IMG/VR virus record: IMGVR_UViG_3300021976_000013
Location: 1-61,935 of that record
DNA from: a virus
Lineage: Duplodnaviria; Caudoviricetes
DNA: 61,935 nucleotides
Direction: 5' to 3' (one strand)
Position numbers and translations under genes: made by a program. Numbering within the stretch: the first letter of the stretch is position 1; every line of letters starts with the position of its first letter. The notes below the pieces were generated by a model. That model saw only the letters and a list, made by a program, of their open reading frames with translations. It had not been told where the DNA came from and searched no databases. Positions 1 through 9,927 of the stretch are shown one piece after another.

Positions 1-156
1 TCTCTCCGAGTTTCTTCCTGCTGGCAGGGGGGGATTTTCGATCTTGGTCGAATCTGTTGGAATATGCGCGCTACCTGGGGATTCTTTGCGAATCCGTCAA
101 GTTCTTGGAACCCTGGTAGCTCATGCCTACCAGTCAAGTCGCGTATAATTTCATGT

Positions 157-771
157 ATGAGAAAGCTTGAGACAGTCGTCTGCCCGTGTGGGTACGTGTT
201 CGACTATGAAAGATCAACTCCGGGCCGACCGCGCCGGTGGTGTGACTACTGCCTGAAGCTCCCGACGAGCCGCAGACATCCGGCGCATCCGGTGGTGTGC
301 TCATGTGGCCAGAAGTTCTCTACCAGCACAGATCACCTGTCATGCCGTCAGTGCCGATACAACCGATTGTGCGAGGGTTGCGGAGTCATGTTCAAGCGGG
401 AGAAGTCGCAGCGGTTCTGCTCGTATGCGTGCGCTTACCACGCGGGCGCGAATCTCGGTGATCGCTTGCCGTACAGTGCCGCTCGGGAACGTGCCAGGCT
501 GCAAGAGAAGGGCCGACGACGCCGGGCGCAAATGGCCGGTAGTCGAACCGGACCGTACACAACGCAAGAGATCGCAGAGCTAGATCGTTTCATCTGTCAA
601 TGGTGGGAGTGCGGCAAACCCGTTGACATGACATTGTCAGGTAGGGACCCGTGGGGGCCTACAATTGATCACACGATCCCACTGGCATGGGGCGGTCCCG
701 ACGTGCGAGAGAATGTGACCTTGATGCACAGACGGTGCAATTCGATCAAGGGCTCAAGGATGCCTGTATGA
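157..771 (+). CDS. HNH endonuclease with N-terminal Cys-rich Zn motifs
   Basis: CQWWEC..TIDHTIP..GG..NV..H..CN.K HNH motif and several CxxC pairs. ATG at 157 lies just after TATAAT, so it is probably leaderless. Stop overlaps the next ATG (ATGA). Confidence 0.85.
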   Translation: MRKLETVVCPCGYVFDYERSTPGRPRRWCDYCLKLPTSRRHPAHPVVCSCGQKFSTSTDHLSCRQCRYNRLCEGCGVMFKREKSQRFCSYACAYHAGANLGDRLPYSAARERARLQEKGRRRRAQMAGSRTGPYTTQEIAELDRFICQWWECGKPVDMTLSGRDPWGPTIDHTIPLAWGGPDVRENVTLMHRRCNSIKGSRMPV

Positions 772-1136
772 GCAGGGAGCCGAGAACAACCCTTCCGGAT
801 GATCCGGTGCCGTCCGGCACGCAAGCGACGAACATCGTCGAACCGTCGGAAGGTGATCAAGCTGTCTGGATTCTTGACGACGGCAGCAAGAGCCCGTTCG
901 GGCCGGTCGAGCGGCAACTACGGGCCGACATCGGTGAACTGAAGCTGGCCGGGCAACTGTCCGGCACCGTGACCGCTACCGCTTTCAACCTGGCACGTAC
1001 TCTTGATCGTGGCGCTGGTATGGCGACGGCGGCCGTAGCTCGTGAGCTACGGGAGTACATCCGTCTCATTGAGGGGGCTGCGGGTGACGACGCTGATACA
1101 AGCTCACACAGGGCTGACCTGTCTACCCCGGTTTAG
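768..1136 (+). CDS. terminase small subunit (probable)
   Basis: Directly upstream of TerL; helical A..LAR.LD..A.V..ELR pattern typical of actinophage TerS. Confidence 0.65.
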   Translation: MSREPRTTLPDDPVPSGTQATNIVEPSEGDQAVWILDDGSKSPFGPVERQLRADIGELKLAGQLSGTVTATAFNLARTLDRGAGMATAAVARELREYIRLIEGAAGDDADTSSHRADLSTPV

Positions 1137-2571
1137 TACCCCGCGACGTTACGACCGGAAGACCTACGGGCCGCGCGTTGCTCAGGTGGCTGAGAATCTC
1201 GGATACGGATTCATGCCGTGGCAACAGTACGTCTCGGACATCGCGCTTGAGGTAGATCCTTTTACCGGCCTGCTGGCCTACCGCGAGATTTGCCTGACGG
1301 TTCCTCGCCAGTCGGGCAAGACGGTTCTCCTGCTCGCGGTGATGATCCACCGGGCACAAGCGATGATCTCCGCGCGCGAGCCAAGACAGCGGATCTTGTA
1401 TGCGGCTCAGACCCGAATCGCAGCACGTGGGAAGTGGGAAGACGAGCACATCCCGATCTTGAAAGCCAGCCGCTATTCCCGTGACTTCGTGACTCGACTG
1501 GCGATCGGTCAGGAAGCGATCAAGTGGCATAACGGATCGCTGCACGGGATCACGTCGAACAAAGAGACGTCTGCCCACGGCGAGACTCTCGATCTTGGCA
1601 TGATCGACGAAGCCTTCGCGCAAGAGGACGCTCGACTAGAACAGGCGTTCAATCCTGCGATGGCCACCCGTGATCAGCCGCAGATTTGGATCAACTCGAC
1701 GGCTGGCACGCGGAAGTCAGCGTTCCTTCGGGAGAAGGTCAAGACCGGCCGGGAGCTGGCTCTTGCTGAAGAGACTGACGGATCGTGCTATATCGAGTGG
1801 TCGGCACCGAACGAAGCCGATCCCGACGATCATGATGTGTGGGCGCAATGCATGCCTGCTCTCGGGTACACGATCAACATCGCTGCGATCAAGCACGCCA
1901 AGAAAACACTCAAGCTCTCTGAGTTCCGGCGCGCGTACCTGAATCAGTGGCAAGACGAATTCCCTGACGAGTGGTTGGTGATCAAGGAATTCACCTGGAA
2001 AGCCTTGATCGATCCTGGCTCACAGATCGCCGGTCGGATGACGTTCGCAATCGACGTGACTCCCGAGCGCGCTTGGACGTCGATCTCTGTTGCGGGTGCT
2101 CGGGAAGACGGCAGGATCCACGTAGAGACGATCAAACACGGGCCGGGTACGGCGTGGGCCGTGGCCGACATGGTCACGCTGGCAGAGCTTTGGGACGGCC
2201 GTGAGTGGACTGTGCGCGTCGTCATTGATACCGCGAGCGCGGCAGCGTCGCTGATCAGCGAAATCGAGACTCTCGCGGAATCCAAGCGGGTGCGGATAGA
2301 GATCATCAAGACGACGTCCCAAGAGTATGTGCAAGCCTGCGGCATGTTCTACGACAAGGTTGATCAGTCCCAACTGATCCACTTGGGTGAGGCTAGAATG
2401 AATGTCGCGGTAGCAGGGGCGGTTAAGCGTGATCTTGAGGCATCATGGGCATGGGCTCGAAAGGGTCTTTCGGTGGTCATATCCCCGCTGGTAGGGGCTA
2501 CTCTGGCGCTGTGGGGGTTTGTCACCACAGATCCAGGTAGTGATTACGATGTGCTCGATTCGGTTCGTTAG
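1084..2571 (+). CDS. terL: terminase large subunit
   Basis: PWQ Q-motif, Walker A VPRQSGKT, Walker B MIDEA, motif III NSTAG, nuclease AIDV; likely GTG start at 1084 after GAGGGG. Confidence 0.95.
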   Translation: MTTLIQAHTGLTCLPRFSTPRRYDRKTYGPRVAQVAENLGYGFMPWQQYVSDIALEVDPFTGLLAYREICLTVPRQSGKTVLLLAVMIHRAQAMISAREPRQRILYAAQTRIAARGKWEDEHIPILKASRYSRDFVTRLAIGQEAIKWHNGSLHGITSNKETSAHGETLDLGMIDEAFAQEDARLEQAFNPAMATRDQPQIWINSTAGTRKSAFLREKVKTGRELALAEETDGSCYIEWSAPNEADPDDHDVWAQCMPALGYTINIAAIKHAKKTLKLSEFRRAYLNQWQDEFPDEWLVIKEFTWKALIDPGSQIAGRMTFAIDVTPERAWTSISVAGAREDGRIHVETIKHGPGTAWAVADMVTLAELWDGREWTVRVVIDTASAAASLISEIETLAESKRVRIEIIKTTSQEYVQACGMFYDKVDQSQLIHLGEARMNVAVAGAVKRDLEASWAWARKGLSVVISPLVGATLALWGFVTTDPGSDYDVLDSVR

Positions 2572-2579
2572 GGGCTTGT

Positions 2580-3866
2580 GTGGGCATGTTCCGGGACTTC
2601 GGGAGAGATCTCTATCGAGCGATCTTCAACCGACCGGCCGAATCGCGAGCGATCACGTCGGTGCCGTGGCGACCGTTCAATGTTGGGCCTGATCGCGATT
2701 ACGGATCTTCCGGTGATGCTCTGTCCTTGATCTCCTACTTCGCATGTGTCCGGGTGCTGGCGGAACAGATCTCCGCGCTGCCTCTCCAGACCTTTCGCGA
2801 AGACGGAGACATCTCCAAACGGATCACCGATCCGCAACTGATCAAAAAGCCTGCGGCTGTGGTCGATAAGATCACGTGGACGCGGCAGATGGTTATCTCG
2901 CTGGCCATGCGCGGGAACGCCTACGGGATCATCACAGAGATCGATGGATTTGGGTTCGCGGTCAGTATCGAGTGGCTACATCCTGATCATGTGTGGGTTG
3001 ACGAGACTCACCCGACGCGACCGATTTATTATTGGACGAATCCAGATGGCGGTTACGGTGAGATCCCCCGTGACCGGGTGATCCACATCGGTTGGTTCGT
3101 TCCTCCGGGTGGCGTCGTCGGTCTCTCGCCGGTCAAGGCGTTCGCACGGTCCATCGGGTTCGGGCTGGACGCTCAGGAGTACGGCGCGAATTGGTTCGGC
3201 AATGGCGGCGTGCCACCGAGCACGTTCAAGAACAAAGAGAAAGTGATCTCTGACGAGCAAGCCGACGAGATCACCGAGCGGCTTGTAAGATCTCTTCGCT
3301 CCGGACGGCCGCTTACGTATGGTGCCGACTGGGATTTCTCTGCCGTGTCCATTGACCCTGAAGAGTCACAATTTATCCAGACCATGAAGATGAATGCGAC
3401 GCAGATCGCGGCGATCTTCGGCATTCCTCCCGAGTGGGTCGGTGGTGAGACGGGCGGATCGCTGACGTACAACTCCCCGGAGCAGAACGGGTTGCACGTC
3501 TACAAGATCGTTCTACTCCCGTGGACTACCTTGATCGAAGGCGCGATCTCCCGCATCTTGCCAGAGCGGCAGTTCGTTCGGTTCAACCCGGATGGGATCT
3601 TGCGCGGTGATCTCAAGACTCGTTACGACGCTCACGCGGTAGCGATCGACGCGGGTTTCCTGACGATCGATGAAGTTCGCGAGATCGAGAACCGACCACC
3701 GTTGCCCAAGCCCAAGGTCCAGAAGCAGCCGATCATTCCCATACTCGTTACTGACCCGAGCCAAAAGCCACCGGATCCGAACCCGGTTCCGGCGAAGCAA
3801 GATCCGAAGCTGACCGGAGGGTCTAACGGCCGTCGGGTACCGGCGATTCACACGATCCGGATCTAG
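2580..3866 (+). CDS. HK97-family portal protein
   Basis: RGNAY, GLSP, F.NGG.P, IAAIFGIPP and LT.DEVR..E..PP motifs; position after TerL. Confidence 0.95.
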   Translation: MGMFRDFGRDLYRAIFNRPAESRAITSVPWRPFNVGPDRDYGSSGDALSLISYFACVRVLAEQISALPLQTFREDGDISKRITDPQLIKKPAAVVDKITWTRQMVISLAMRGNAYGIITEIDGFGFAVSIEWLHPDHVWVDETHPTRPIYYWTNPDGGYGEIPRDRVIHIGWFVPPGGVVGLSPVKAFARSIGFGLDAQEYGANWFGNGGVPPSTFKNKEKVISDEQADEITERLVRSLRSGRPLTYGADWDFSAVSIDPEESQFIQTMKMNATQIAAIFGIPPEWVGGETGGSLTYNSPEQNGLHVYKIVLLPWTTLIEGAISRILPERQFVRFNPDGILRGDLKTRYDAHAVAIDAGFLTIDEVREIENRPPLPKPKVQKQPIIPILVTDPSQKPPDPNPVPAKQDPKLTGGSNGRRVPAIHTIRI

Positions 3867-3878
3867 GAAGGAAAGGCG

Positions 3879-4547
3879 ATGTCAGAGACGACGCCTGAAC
3901 GCCGGTACACCACATGGCCGGTCGAGTATCGCTCCAGGGGCGACGGTAACAAGATCGGTGGGTACGCGGCTGTCTTCAGCACGCTCTCACGCAATCTCGG
4001 CGGATTCGTCGAAGAGGTCAAGCCGGGATTCTTCAATAAGTCTCGCGGCGACGGTTGGCCAGGCGTGGTTGCTCGGTTCAATCACGATGACAACATGCTC
4101 CTAGGAACGGTCGCGGGCGGCTCTCTACGGCTCTCTGTGGACGAGACGGGCCTTGACTACGTGGTGGAACCCCCGGCAGCACGCGCGGACATCACAGAGC
4201 TTGTCCAGCGCGGCGACGTGCGGCAAAGCTCATTCGCCTTCATGACCTTTGAGGACGAATGGGGTGTCACAGAGCAGGGCTTCCCGATGCGGTCTCTCAT
4301 CTCGGGAAAGCTGGTGGACGTCGCACCGGTCGTCAGTCCGGCCTACCTCGATACGACCGCAGGAATGCGTTCGCTCGCGGCCAAGGTTGGTGCTGATCTT
4401 GAAGAGGTTCGGAAGCTCGCGGGAGAGAACGAGCTTCGGAAATTCTTCGTCAAGACTGGCGTTCCGTCCACTCCGGAAAAGCCAAGGGTCCGTGGCCACA
4501 GCGCCATTGCGGCATTGCTGGCCAAGAAAGACGGTCCGGCTGGCTAG
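3879..4547 (+). CDS. HK97-family prohead protease
   Basis: GYAAVF, FNHD, D..GL, SSFAF and DV.PV..PAY motifs. Confidence 0.95.
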   Translation: MSETTPERRYTTWPVEYRSRGDGNKIGGYAAVFSTLSRNLGGFVEEVKPGFFNKSRGDGWPGVVARFNHDDNMLLGTVAGGSLRLSVDETGLDYVVEPPAARADITELVQRGDVRQSSFAFMTFEDEWGVTEQGFPMRSLISGKLVDVAPVVSPAYLDTTAGMRSLAAKVGADLEEVRKLAGENELRKFFVKTGVPSTPEKPRVRGHSAIAALLAKKDGPAG

Positions 4548-4558
4548 GTGATACCTTG

Positions 4559-4740
4559 GGTCCGGCAGGTAGGCAGACCGAAAGTCACCGACTGCCGGAC
4601 CGACAACTACATGATCAATCCAGAAGGGCAGCCTGCTCGGCACCCTCTGACACGTAAGAGACAACCGTGATCACTACCGGTTGAGACACGGTGGGCAGAC
4701 CGACAGTCACCCCCAATCCATGATCAATCTGGAGAGGGTG
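4559..4740 (+). promoter_or_regulatory. structured capsid leader with three repeated stem-loops
   Basis: GGCAG-(AC/CC)-N5-(GT/GG)-CACC three times (4572, 4627, 4694); CATGATCAATC twice. Confidence 0.55.
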
Positions 4741-4747
4741 GGCGGCT

Positions 4748-6010
4748 ATGGCTGGCACCATCGTTGAACGGCTTCGCGAACGACGCATGCGCGTCTGGGA
4801 CGAAGCTAAGGGCCTGGCAGACGTGGCGGCTGACGAGAACCGCGCTTTCTCTGCCGAAGAGCAAGGCAAATGGGACTCTCTGAACGAAGAGATCGATGCC
4901 CTAGACACGCGCATGACGTCCGCTCTGGAGACGGAGAAGCGCGCCAAGGACACTGACGAGCTGTTCGACTCGATTCGCGGGCCGGTCAAGAACGCCAAGA
5001 CTCCCGAGAGCAAGCAGGCTGAAGATCGTTCAACCGAACTTCGCAAGTTCCTGCTCGGACAGTCCGGCCGGACGTACGACGTCAAGCCCGACAAGCCTGT
5101 TGACTTCCGTGTCCTCGGTAAGGTCGTCGCGGGCAACATCACCACTGCGGCAGCAGTCACGGTCCCGACGTCGTTCTATGACCGGCTGGTCGCTCACTTG
5201 ATCGAGGTCAGCGCGGTCATGCAAGCTGGCGCGACGGTGCTCTCTACCAGCTCGGGTGAAGTGATCCAGGTCCCCAAGACGACCGCTCACGGCTCGGCGG
5301 CACTGGTCGCGGAAGGTGCGGCTATCGGTGCGGGTGACCCGGCATTCGGGCAGATCTCTCTTGGCGCGTTCAAGTACGGCACGCTGATTCAGATCTCCCG
5401 CGAACTGATCGAAGACACGGGCGTCGATCTTGAGGGGTACCTCTCGATGCAGGCGGGCCGCGCGATCGGTAACCTCTTCGGCTCGCACGTGATCACCGGC
5501 ACCGGTACGACTCAGCCACGCGGAATCACGCTGGACTCGACTCTTGGCGTCACGTCAGCAACGACGGTCGCGGGTGTTCCCAACGGAGACAACCTGATCG
5601 ATCTCTTCTACTCGGTGATCGCTCCCTACCGGGCATCGTCGGCCACGAAGTGGATCGTCAAGGACTCGACCGTTGCGGCGCTCCGGAAGATCAAAGACAA
5701 CAGCGGCGGCGCTGGCATCGGAAACTACCTCTGGCAGCCTGGCCTCACGGCCGGTGCTCCTGACACGATCCTGGGCAAGCAGGTACTCACGGATCCGGGT
5801 GTCGCGGCCACCGGGCTCAACGCAAAGTCGATCATCTTCGGCGACATCTCGCAGTACTTCATTCGGATCGCGGGCGGAATCCGGTTCGAGCGGTCTGACG
5901 ATTTCGCGTTTAACACGGACATGGTCACCTTCCGGTGCCTCTTCCGTGCAGACGGCGCACTGGTGGACCTCACCGGCGCGGTTAAGCACTTCGTCGGTGC
6001 TGCCACGTAA
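4748..6010 (+). CDS. HK97-fold major capsid protein with N-terminal delta domain
   Basis: Coiled-coil N-terminus; V.EG, ISRELIED, LRKIKD..G.YLWQP, FGD and R.DG motifs. Confidence 0.95.
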   Translation: MAGTIVERLRERRMRVWDEAKGLADVAADENRAFSAEEQGKWDSLNEEIDALDTRMTSALETEKRAKDTDELFDSIRGPVKNAKTPESKQAEDRSTELRKFLLGQSGRTYDVKPDKPVDFRVLGKVVAGNITTAAAVTVPTSFYDRLVAHLIEVSAVMQAGATVLSTSSGEVIQVPKTTAHGSAALVAEGAAIGAGDPAFGQISLGAFKYGTLIQISRELIEDTGVDLEGYLSMQAGRAIGNLFGSHVITGTGTTQPRGITLDSTLGVTSATTVAGVPNGDNLIDLFYSVIAPYRASSATKWIVKDSTVAALRKIKDNSGGAGIGNYLWQPGLTAGAPDTILGKQVLTDPGVAATGLNAKSIIFGDISQYFIRIAGGIRFERSDDFAFNTDMVTFRCLFRADGALVDLTGAVKHFVGAAT

Positions 6011-6023
6011 TCGGATCAAGAAC

Positions 6024-6067
6024 TACCGGCCGGAAGCGTGTTCTCGGGTCATTCTTTCCGGCCGGTA
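6024..6067 (+). terminator. hairpin after the capsid gene
   Basis: TACCGGCCGGAA...TTCCGGCCGGTA inverted repeat. Confidence 0.6.
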
Positions 6068-6096
6068 CCCGATCAAGAGAGAGAGGGTGAAAGATC

Positions 6097-6501
6097 ATGA
6101 AGGTTACGCTTCTAACGGATGTCACGGGAACGCGCGACGGCGTTGACTGGCCGCCGCGTTACTCCGTCGTAGATCTCCCAGAAAACGAAGCGAAGGACAT
6201 GATCCGCTCGGGCATGGTTCGAGAGGCTACGTCCGAAGATCAAGAACGAGCCGACAAGCTGGACGAAGTCCACAGCGATCTGGCCAAGGCCAATGATGAG
6301 GCGTTCGAGGCGCAGCAGGATGCCGATCTCAAGGCTTGGGAAGCTCAAGACGAAGCGGACGCCAAGGCTCGGGAAGCTCTCGCGGCGGCTGAGACGGCGC
6401 GTCAGGCCAAGTCCGGCAGGGTTGAGACGGCAACCACGCGGAAGCCTTCCAGCACCAAGAGCGGGCTCACGACCAAGAACGCACCGACGGGCGGCAAGTA
6501 G
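6097..6501 (+). CDS. hypothetical virion-associated protein
   Basis: RBS and position after capsid; A..M...G.V head-accessory-like N-terminus. Confidence 0.7.
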   Translation: MKVTLLTDVTGTRDGVDWPPRYSVVDLPENEAKDMIRSGMVREATSEDQERADKLDEVHSDLAKANDEAFEAQQDADLKAWEAQDEADAKAREALAAAETARQAKSGRVETATTRKPSSTKSGLTTKNAPTGGK

Positions 6502-6504
6502 TCA

Positions 6505-7134
6505 GTGACGATCACCAACGGATACGCAACCGTGGCCGATGTGCGCGGGCACATCGACGATGAGTCATCCGTGGTGTCCGACGTTCTGATAGAGCGGGCG
6601 ATCAACGCGGCGAGCAGGGCTATCGACAACTTTTGCGGGTTCCCTAAGCGAAAGTTCTGGAAAGATCCGGTAGCCACTGCCCATACGTACGTGATCTATG
6701 ACTACCAGTGCGTTTACATTGACGATCTCGCGTCCACCGTGGGCCTGGTCGTGGCCACCGACGACGGCACGGGCACCTTCCCGACGACGTGGGCAGCGAG
6801 CGACTACCGCCTAGGGCCGATGAACGCGGCCGTCAACAATCTGGCGTATGCGTACACCAAGATCGATGTCAGCGGATCAAGATTCTTCCCGACGCTCGAC
6901 TACGGCCGACCAGGGTTGAGGATCACCGGCTTGCACGGCTGGTCGGCTGTTCCTGACGAAGTCAATGAAGCGTGCATTCTCAAGGCAACGTCTCTGCTCA
7001 AGCGGAAGGATGCTCCCTTCGGCGTCGCAGGCTTCGGAGAGTTCGGCACGGCGGTCCGGATCCGCGCTGAAGATCCTGATGTGGTCGAGCTACTCAAGAG
7101 CAAGATTCGATATGGGGCGGGGACCACCGGATGA
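6505..7134 (+). CDS. head-to-tail adaptor
   Basis: YAT..DVR, I.AASR.ID.FC and GW..VP..V..A motifs. Confidence 0.85.
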   Translation: MTITNGYATVADVRGHIDDESSVVSDVLIERAINAASRAIDNFCGFPKRKFWKDPVATAHTYVIYDYQCVYIDDLASTVGLVVATDDGTGTFPTTWAASDYRLGPMNAAVNNLAYAYTKIDVSGSRFFPTLDYGRPGLRITGLHGWSAVPDEVNEACILKATSLLKRKDAPFGVAGFGEFGTAVRIRAEDPDVVELLKSKIRYGAGTTG

Positions 7135-7550
7135 CGGACGTACAAGGGGTCATGACGGCTCTGAGAGCGCGTCTCAGCCTGGTAGACGGGCTGTCCGTCC
7201 AGATGGCTCAGACCGGCAATATCAACCCGCCATACGCGTTCCTAGGGCCGCCCGTGGTGGACTCCTACCGCAAGTCGTTCGCCGGTAACAAGATGAACAT
7301 CTCGCCGACGATCACGATCCTGACATCATCGGCGTTCGATGAGATCGGCGTCCGTCGGCTGATCGAGTACATGGCACCGACCGGCGACAAGTCGATCGTG
7401 GCGATCATCGAAGCTGACCGAACCTTGGGTGGCGTGGTCGAGGACACGAGAGTGATCGACTTCCAGCCGTACGGGCCGCAGGAATACGGCGCGGTGGGGT
7501 TCTACGGCGGGACGTTCAATCTGGAGATCATGGCCAGGGGTGACGGCTGA
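7131..7550 (+). CDS. tail terminator / head-tail joining protein
   Basis: Position; SI..IEADRTLGGVV motif. Confidence 0.7.
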   Translation: MTDVQGVMTALRARLSLVDGLSVQMAQTGNINPPYAFLGPPVVDSYRKSFAGNKMNISPTITILTSSAFDEIGVRRLIEYMAPTGDKSIVAIIEADRTLGGVVEDTRVIDFQPYGPQEYGAVGFYGGTFNLEIMARGDG

Positions 7551-7996
7551 TGGCGGTCTTCAAGCGGACGTCCGGGACAGAGGAACTTCGGAAGTTCGTT
7601 CGACAGTTTCCGAAATTCCCGGCAGAGATCAGGCGCGAGATCCGGCCGATGCTCCGGAAGATCGGGCAACCTGCTTTGACGGCCGCGCGTCAAAACGCTT
7701 CGTATTCGACTCGAATTCCCAAAGCGACAAAGCTCTCTGTCCTGCTCTCGAAAAAGGGGGCTGGACTTCGGCTGACTACCAGCATCGCGGCGGCCGACGA
7801 CTCCCGAGCGCTTGAGCACAGAGGACAACCGGGCATGTTCCGGCACCCCGTCAATCCGAGTAAGACGGTTTGGGTCAATCAGAAAGCGCGTCCGTTCCTT
7901 TGGCCTGCGGTCGAACCGATCACCAAATCAGTCGATAACGAGATCGGGACGATCGTAGATCAGGTTGCCCGCGCTCACGGATTCAGAGGGAGATGA
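7550..7996 (+). CDS. HK97 gp10-like neck protein
   Basis: Basic protein with LEHRG and Q.ARPFL.PA motifs. Confidence 0.7.
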   Translation: MAVFKRTSGTEELRKFVRQFPKFPAEIRREIRPMLRKIGQPALTAARQNASYSTRIPKATKLSVLLSKKGAGLRLTTSIAAADDSRALEHRGQPGMFRHPVNPSKTVWVNQKARPFLWPAVEPITKSVDNEIGTIVDQVARAHGFRGR

Positions 7997-8000
7997 CGGG

Positions 8001-8510
8001 ATGCCACTAAGCACGCAAACACTGATCCAAGTGAATGCGTTCCTGTCGAACACGGGAGCGGATCTTACGGTCCCGTCGGCAAACATCGTGTTCGCGCAAC
8101 AGCTCAATCTCGACACGGGAACGGGCGCTGGCCAGGCGGACAAGGTCTATGTGGACACGAACACGCTCGGCGCGTCAGGCACGGTGGATATCGACTTGGC
8201 GGGCTCGCTGACCGATGCTCTCGGCGCGGCGTTGACCTTCGTCCGGGTGAAAGGGATCTTCATTCGCGCGGCGGTTGGCAACACTAACAACGTCGTACTA
8301 GGTGGCGCGGCGGCGACTCAGTTCGTCGGCCCGTTCGGTGCGGCAGCGCACACGATCGCAGTCCGGCCGGGCGGATTCTTCGGGATCATGTCGCAGGATG
8401 CTACCGGTTGGACGGTCGGCGCTGGCGCGTCGGACTTCCTTCGGGTGGCGAACAGTGCCGCAGGTACGTCAGTGACCTACGACATCCTGATCATCGGCGC
8501 GAGCGCGTAG
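8001..8510 (+). CDS. virion structural protein, paralog 1 of a tandem pair
   Basis: G/A/T-rich, beta-strand-like protein; shares long motifs with 8521-9036. Confidence 0.7.
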   Translation: MPLSTQTLIQVNAFLSNTGADLTVPSANIVFAQQLNLDTGTGAGQADKVYVDTNTLGASGTVDIDLAGSLTDALGAALTFVRVKGIFIRAAVGNTNNVVLGGAAATQFVGPFGAAAHTIAVRPGGFFGIMSQDATGWTVGAGASDFLRVANSAAGTSVTYDILIIGASA

Positions 8511-8520
8511 GGGGGAAACG

Positions 8521-9036
8521 ATGCCACTCGATACACAGTTCGTTACCTCGCTGGCAGCGAATCAGACGGCTACTCCGCTTGACATGTCAGTGTCACCCGT
8601 AGCAGCGCTGGCGTACACCAAGACGATCTCGCTAACCACCGGTACCGGGTTGAACCAAGCCGATCAGATTTTCTTTGATCAGCGAACGATCGCGATCTCC
8701 GGTACGGATGATCTCGATCTGGCAGGCGGCGTCACGCACTCGATCACCGGTGCCGCATTCTCGTTCGCGAGGATCAAAGGGATCCTGATCTATGCGGCCA
8801 TCGCGAACACGAACAATGTGGTCGTCGGTGGCGCGGCGGCGACTCAGTTCGCTACGTGGGTCGGTGCGGCAGCACATACGGTCACGGTCCGTCCGGGCGG
8901 GATGTTCATGCTCTTCGCCCCCGATGCCACGGCGTACGCGGTCACGGCCGCAACGGCTGATCTGCTCCGGATCGCCAACTCTGGCGCGGTCTCGACTGTC
9001 CTGTACGACATCATCCTTATCGGCGCGAGCGCATAG
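8521..9036 (+). CDS. virion structural protein, paralog 2 of a tandem pair
   Basis: Shares NTNNVV.GGAAATQF, GAAAHT..VRPGG, LR.ANS and YDI..IGASA with the previous gene. Confidence 0.7.
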   Translation: MPLDTQFVTSLAANQTATPLDMSVSPVAALAYTKTISLTTGTGLNQADQIFFDQRTIAISGTDDLDLAGGVTHSITGAAFSFARIKGILIYAAIANTNNVVVGGAAATQFATWVGAAAHTVTVRPGGMFMLFAPDATAYAVTAATADLLRIANSGAVSTVLYDIILIGASA

Positions 9037-9047
9037 GAAGGTTGATC

Positions 9048-9350
9048 ATGGAAATGGTGTGGATGTGCCATCCGAACCTTCCTGGTCAGGAGACGGAAGT
9101 ACCGGCATCGGCGATGCCCACTTACGGCATGTCCGGCTGGCTACTCATGGACGGGCCGCCAGAGCCGAAGCCGGATCCGGAAGTCGCTCGCGCGAGTGTG
9201 CACAGCGAGCCACGCGAAGAGCCGAGCGACTCCGAGAGCATGAAGCCGAAGGATCGCAAACCGGCCGACAAATCCACTGACACTAAAGAGTCAACCGGCG
9301 CTAAGGGATCTTCCAAGAGCGCTTCTAGCGCGAAAGGAAGTGATCACTAA
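9048..9350 (+). CDS. hypothetical protein
   Basis: RBS AGGAAGG; translationally coupled to the major tail gene. Confidence 0.65.
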   Translation: MEMVWMCHPNLPGQETEVPASAMPTYGMSGWLLMDGPPEPKPDPEVARASVHSEPREEPSDSESMKPKDRKPADKSTDTKESTGAKGSSKSASSAKGSDH

Positions 9351-9838
9351 TGGTCGCGACTCCGATCACTGCCGTCAACCGGTATTGGCCGGTCGGCACG
9401 ACGAAATGGCTATGGGTTCCAGCGGTAGCGAACTACACCGTTGCGATCACCCGAGCCGAGATCAACGCGGGTACCGATCTATCCGGCGAAATCAATGACA
9501 TCGCAGGCTGGACGGTCACGTCCAATCAGATCGACACGCCCGACGTCAACAGCCGATTCCGCTCCAAGATCCCTGGCCCGATCGAGGCGGAAGACAGTTC
9601 ACTCACTCTGTACGCGGACCCGAGCACGACCGACGTCCGGCAACTCTTGCCCCGTGACACGGCGGGCTATGTGGTCCGGCTCGACGGTGGCGACGTGGCC
9701 GGTCGGCGTTGTTCGATCTTCCCCGTGAAGGTCGCGAGCCAGAACAAGATGATGGGGACCGACGAAGAGGCGGGCCGCATCGAGATCAGCTTCACCATCA
9801 CGCGTGTGCCTGCGGAAGACCTGGTCATTCCTGCGTAA
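9350..9838 (+). CDS. major tail (tube) protein
   Basis: P.VA....T.AEINAG.DLS..I..GW....IDTPD..KIPG pattern of actinophage tail tube proteins; position. Confidence 0.85.
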   Translation: MVATPITAVNRYWPVGTTKWLWVPAVANYTVAITRAEINAGTDLSGEINDIAGWTVTSNQIDTPDVNSRFRSKIPGPIEAEDSSLTLYADPSTTDVRQLLPRDTAGYVVRLDGGDVAGRRCSIFPVKVASQNKMMGTDEEAGRIEISFTITRVPAEDLVIPA

Positions 9839-9927
9839 GCGTGAGTGCATGGGCGTTCATGATCGGGACATTGCTCCCGATCATGTGCGTCATACCCGAG
9901 GGACGACGAGTTAGGAAGATCAACATC

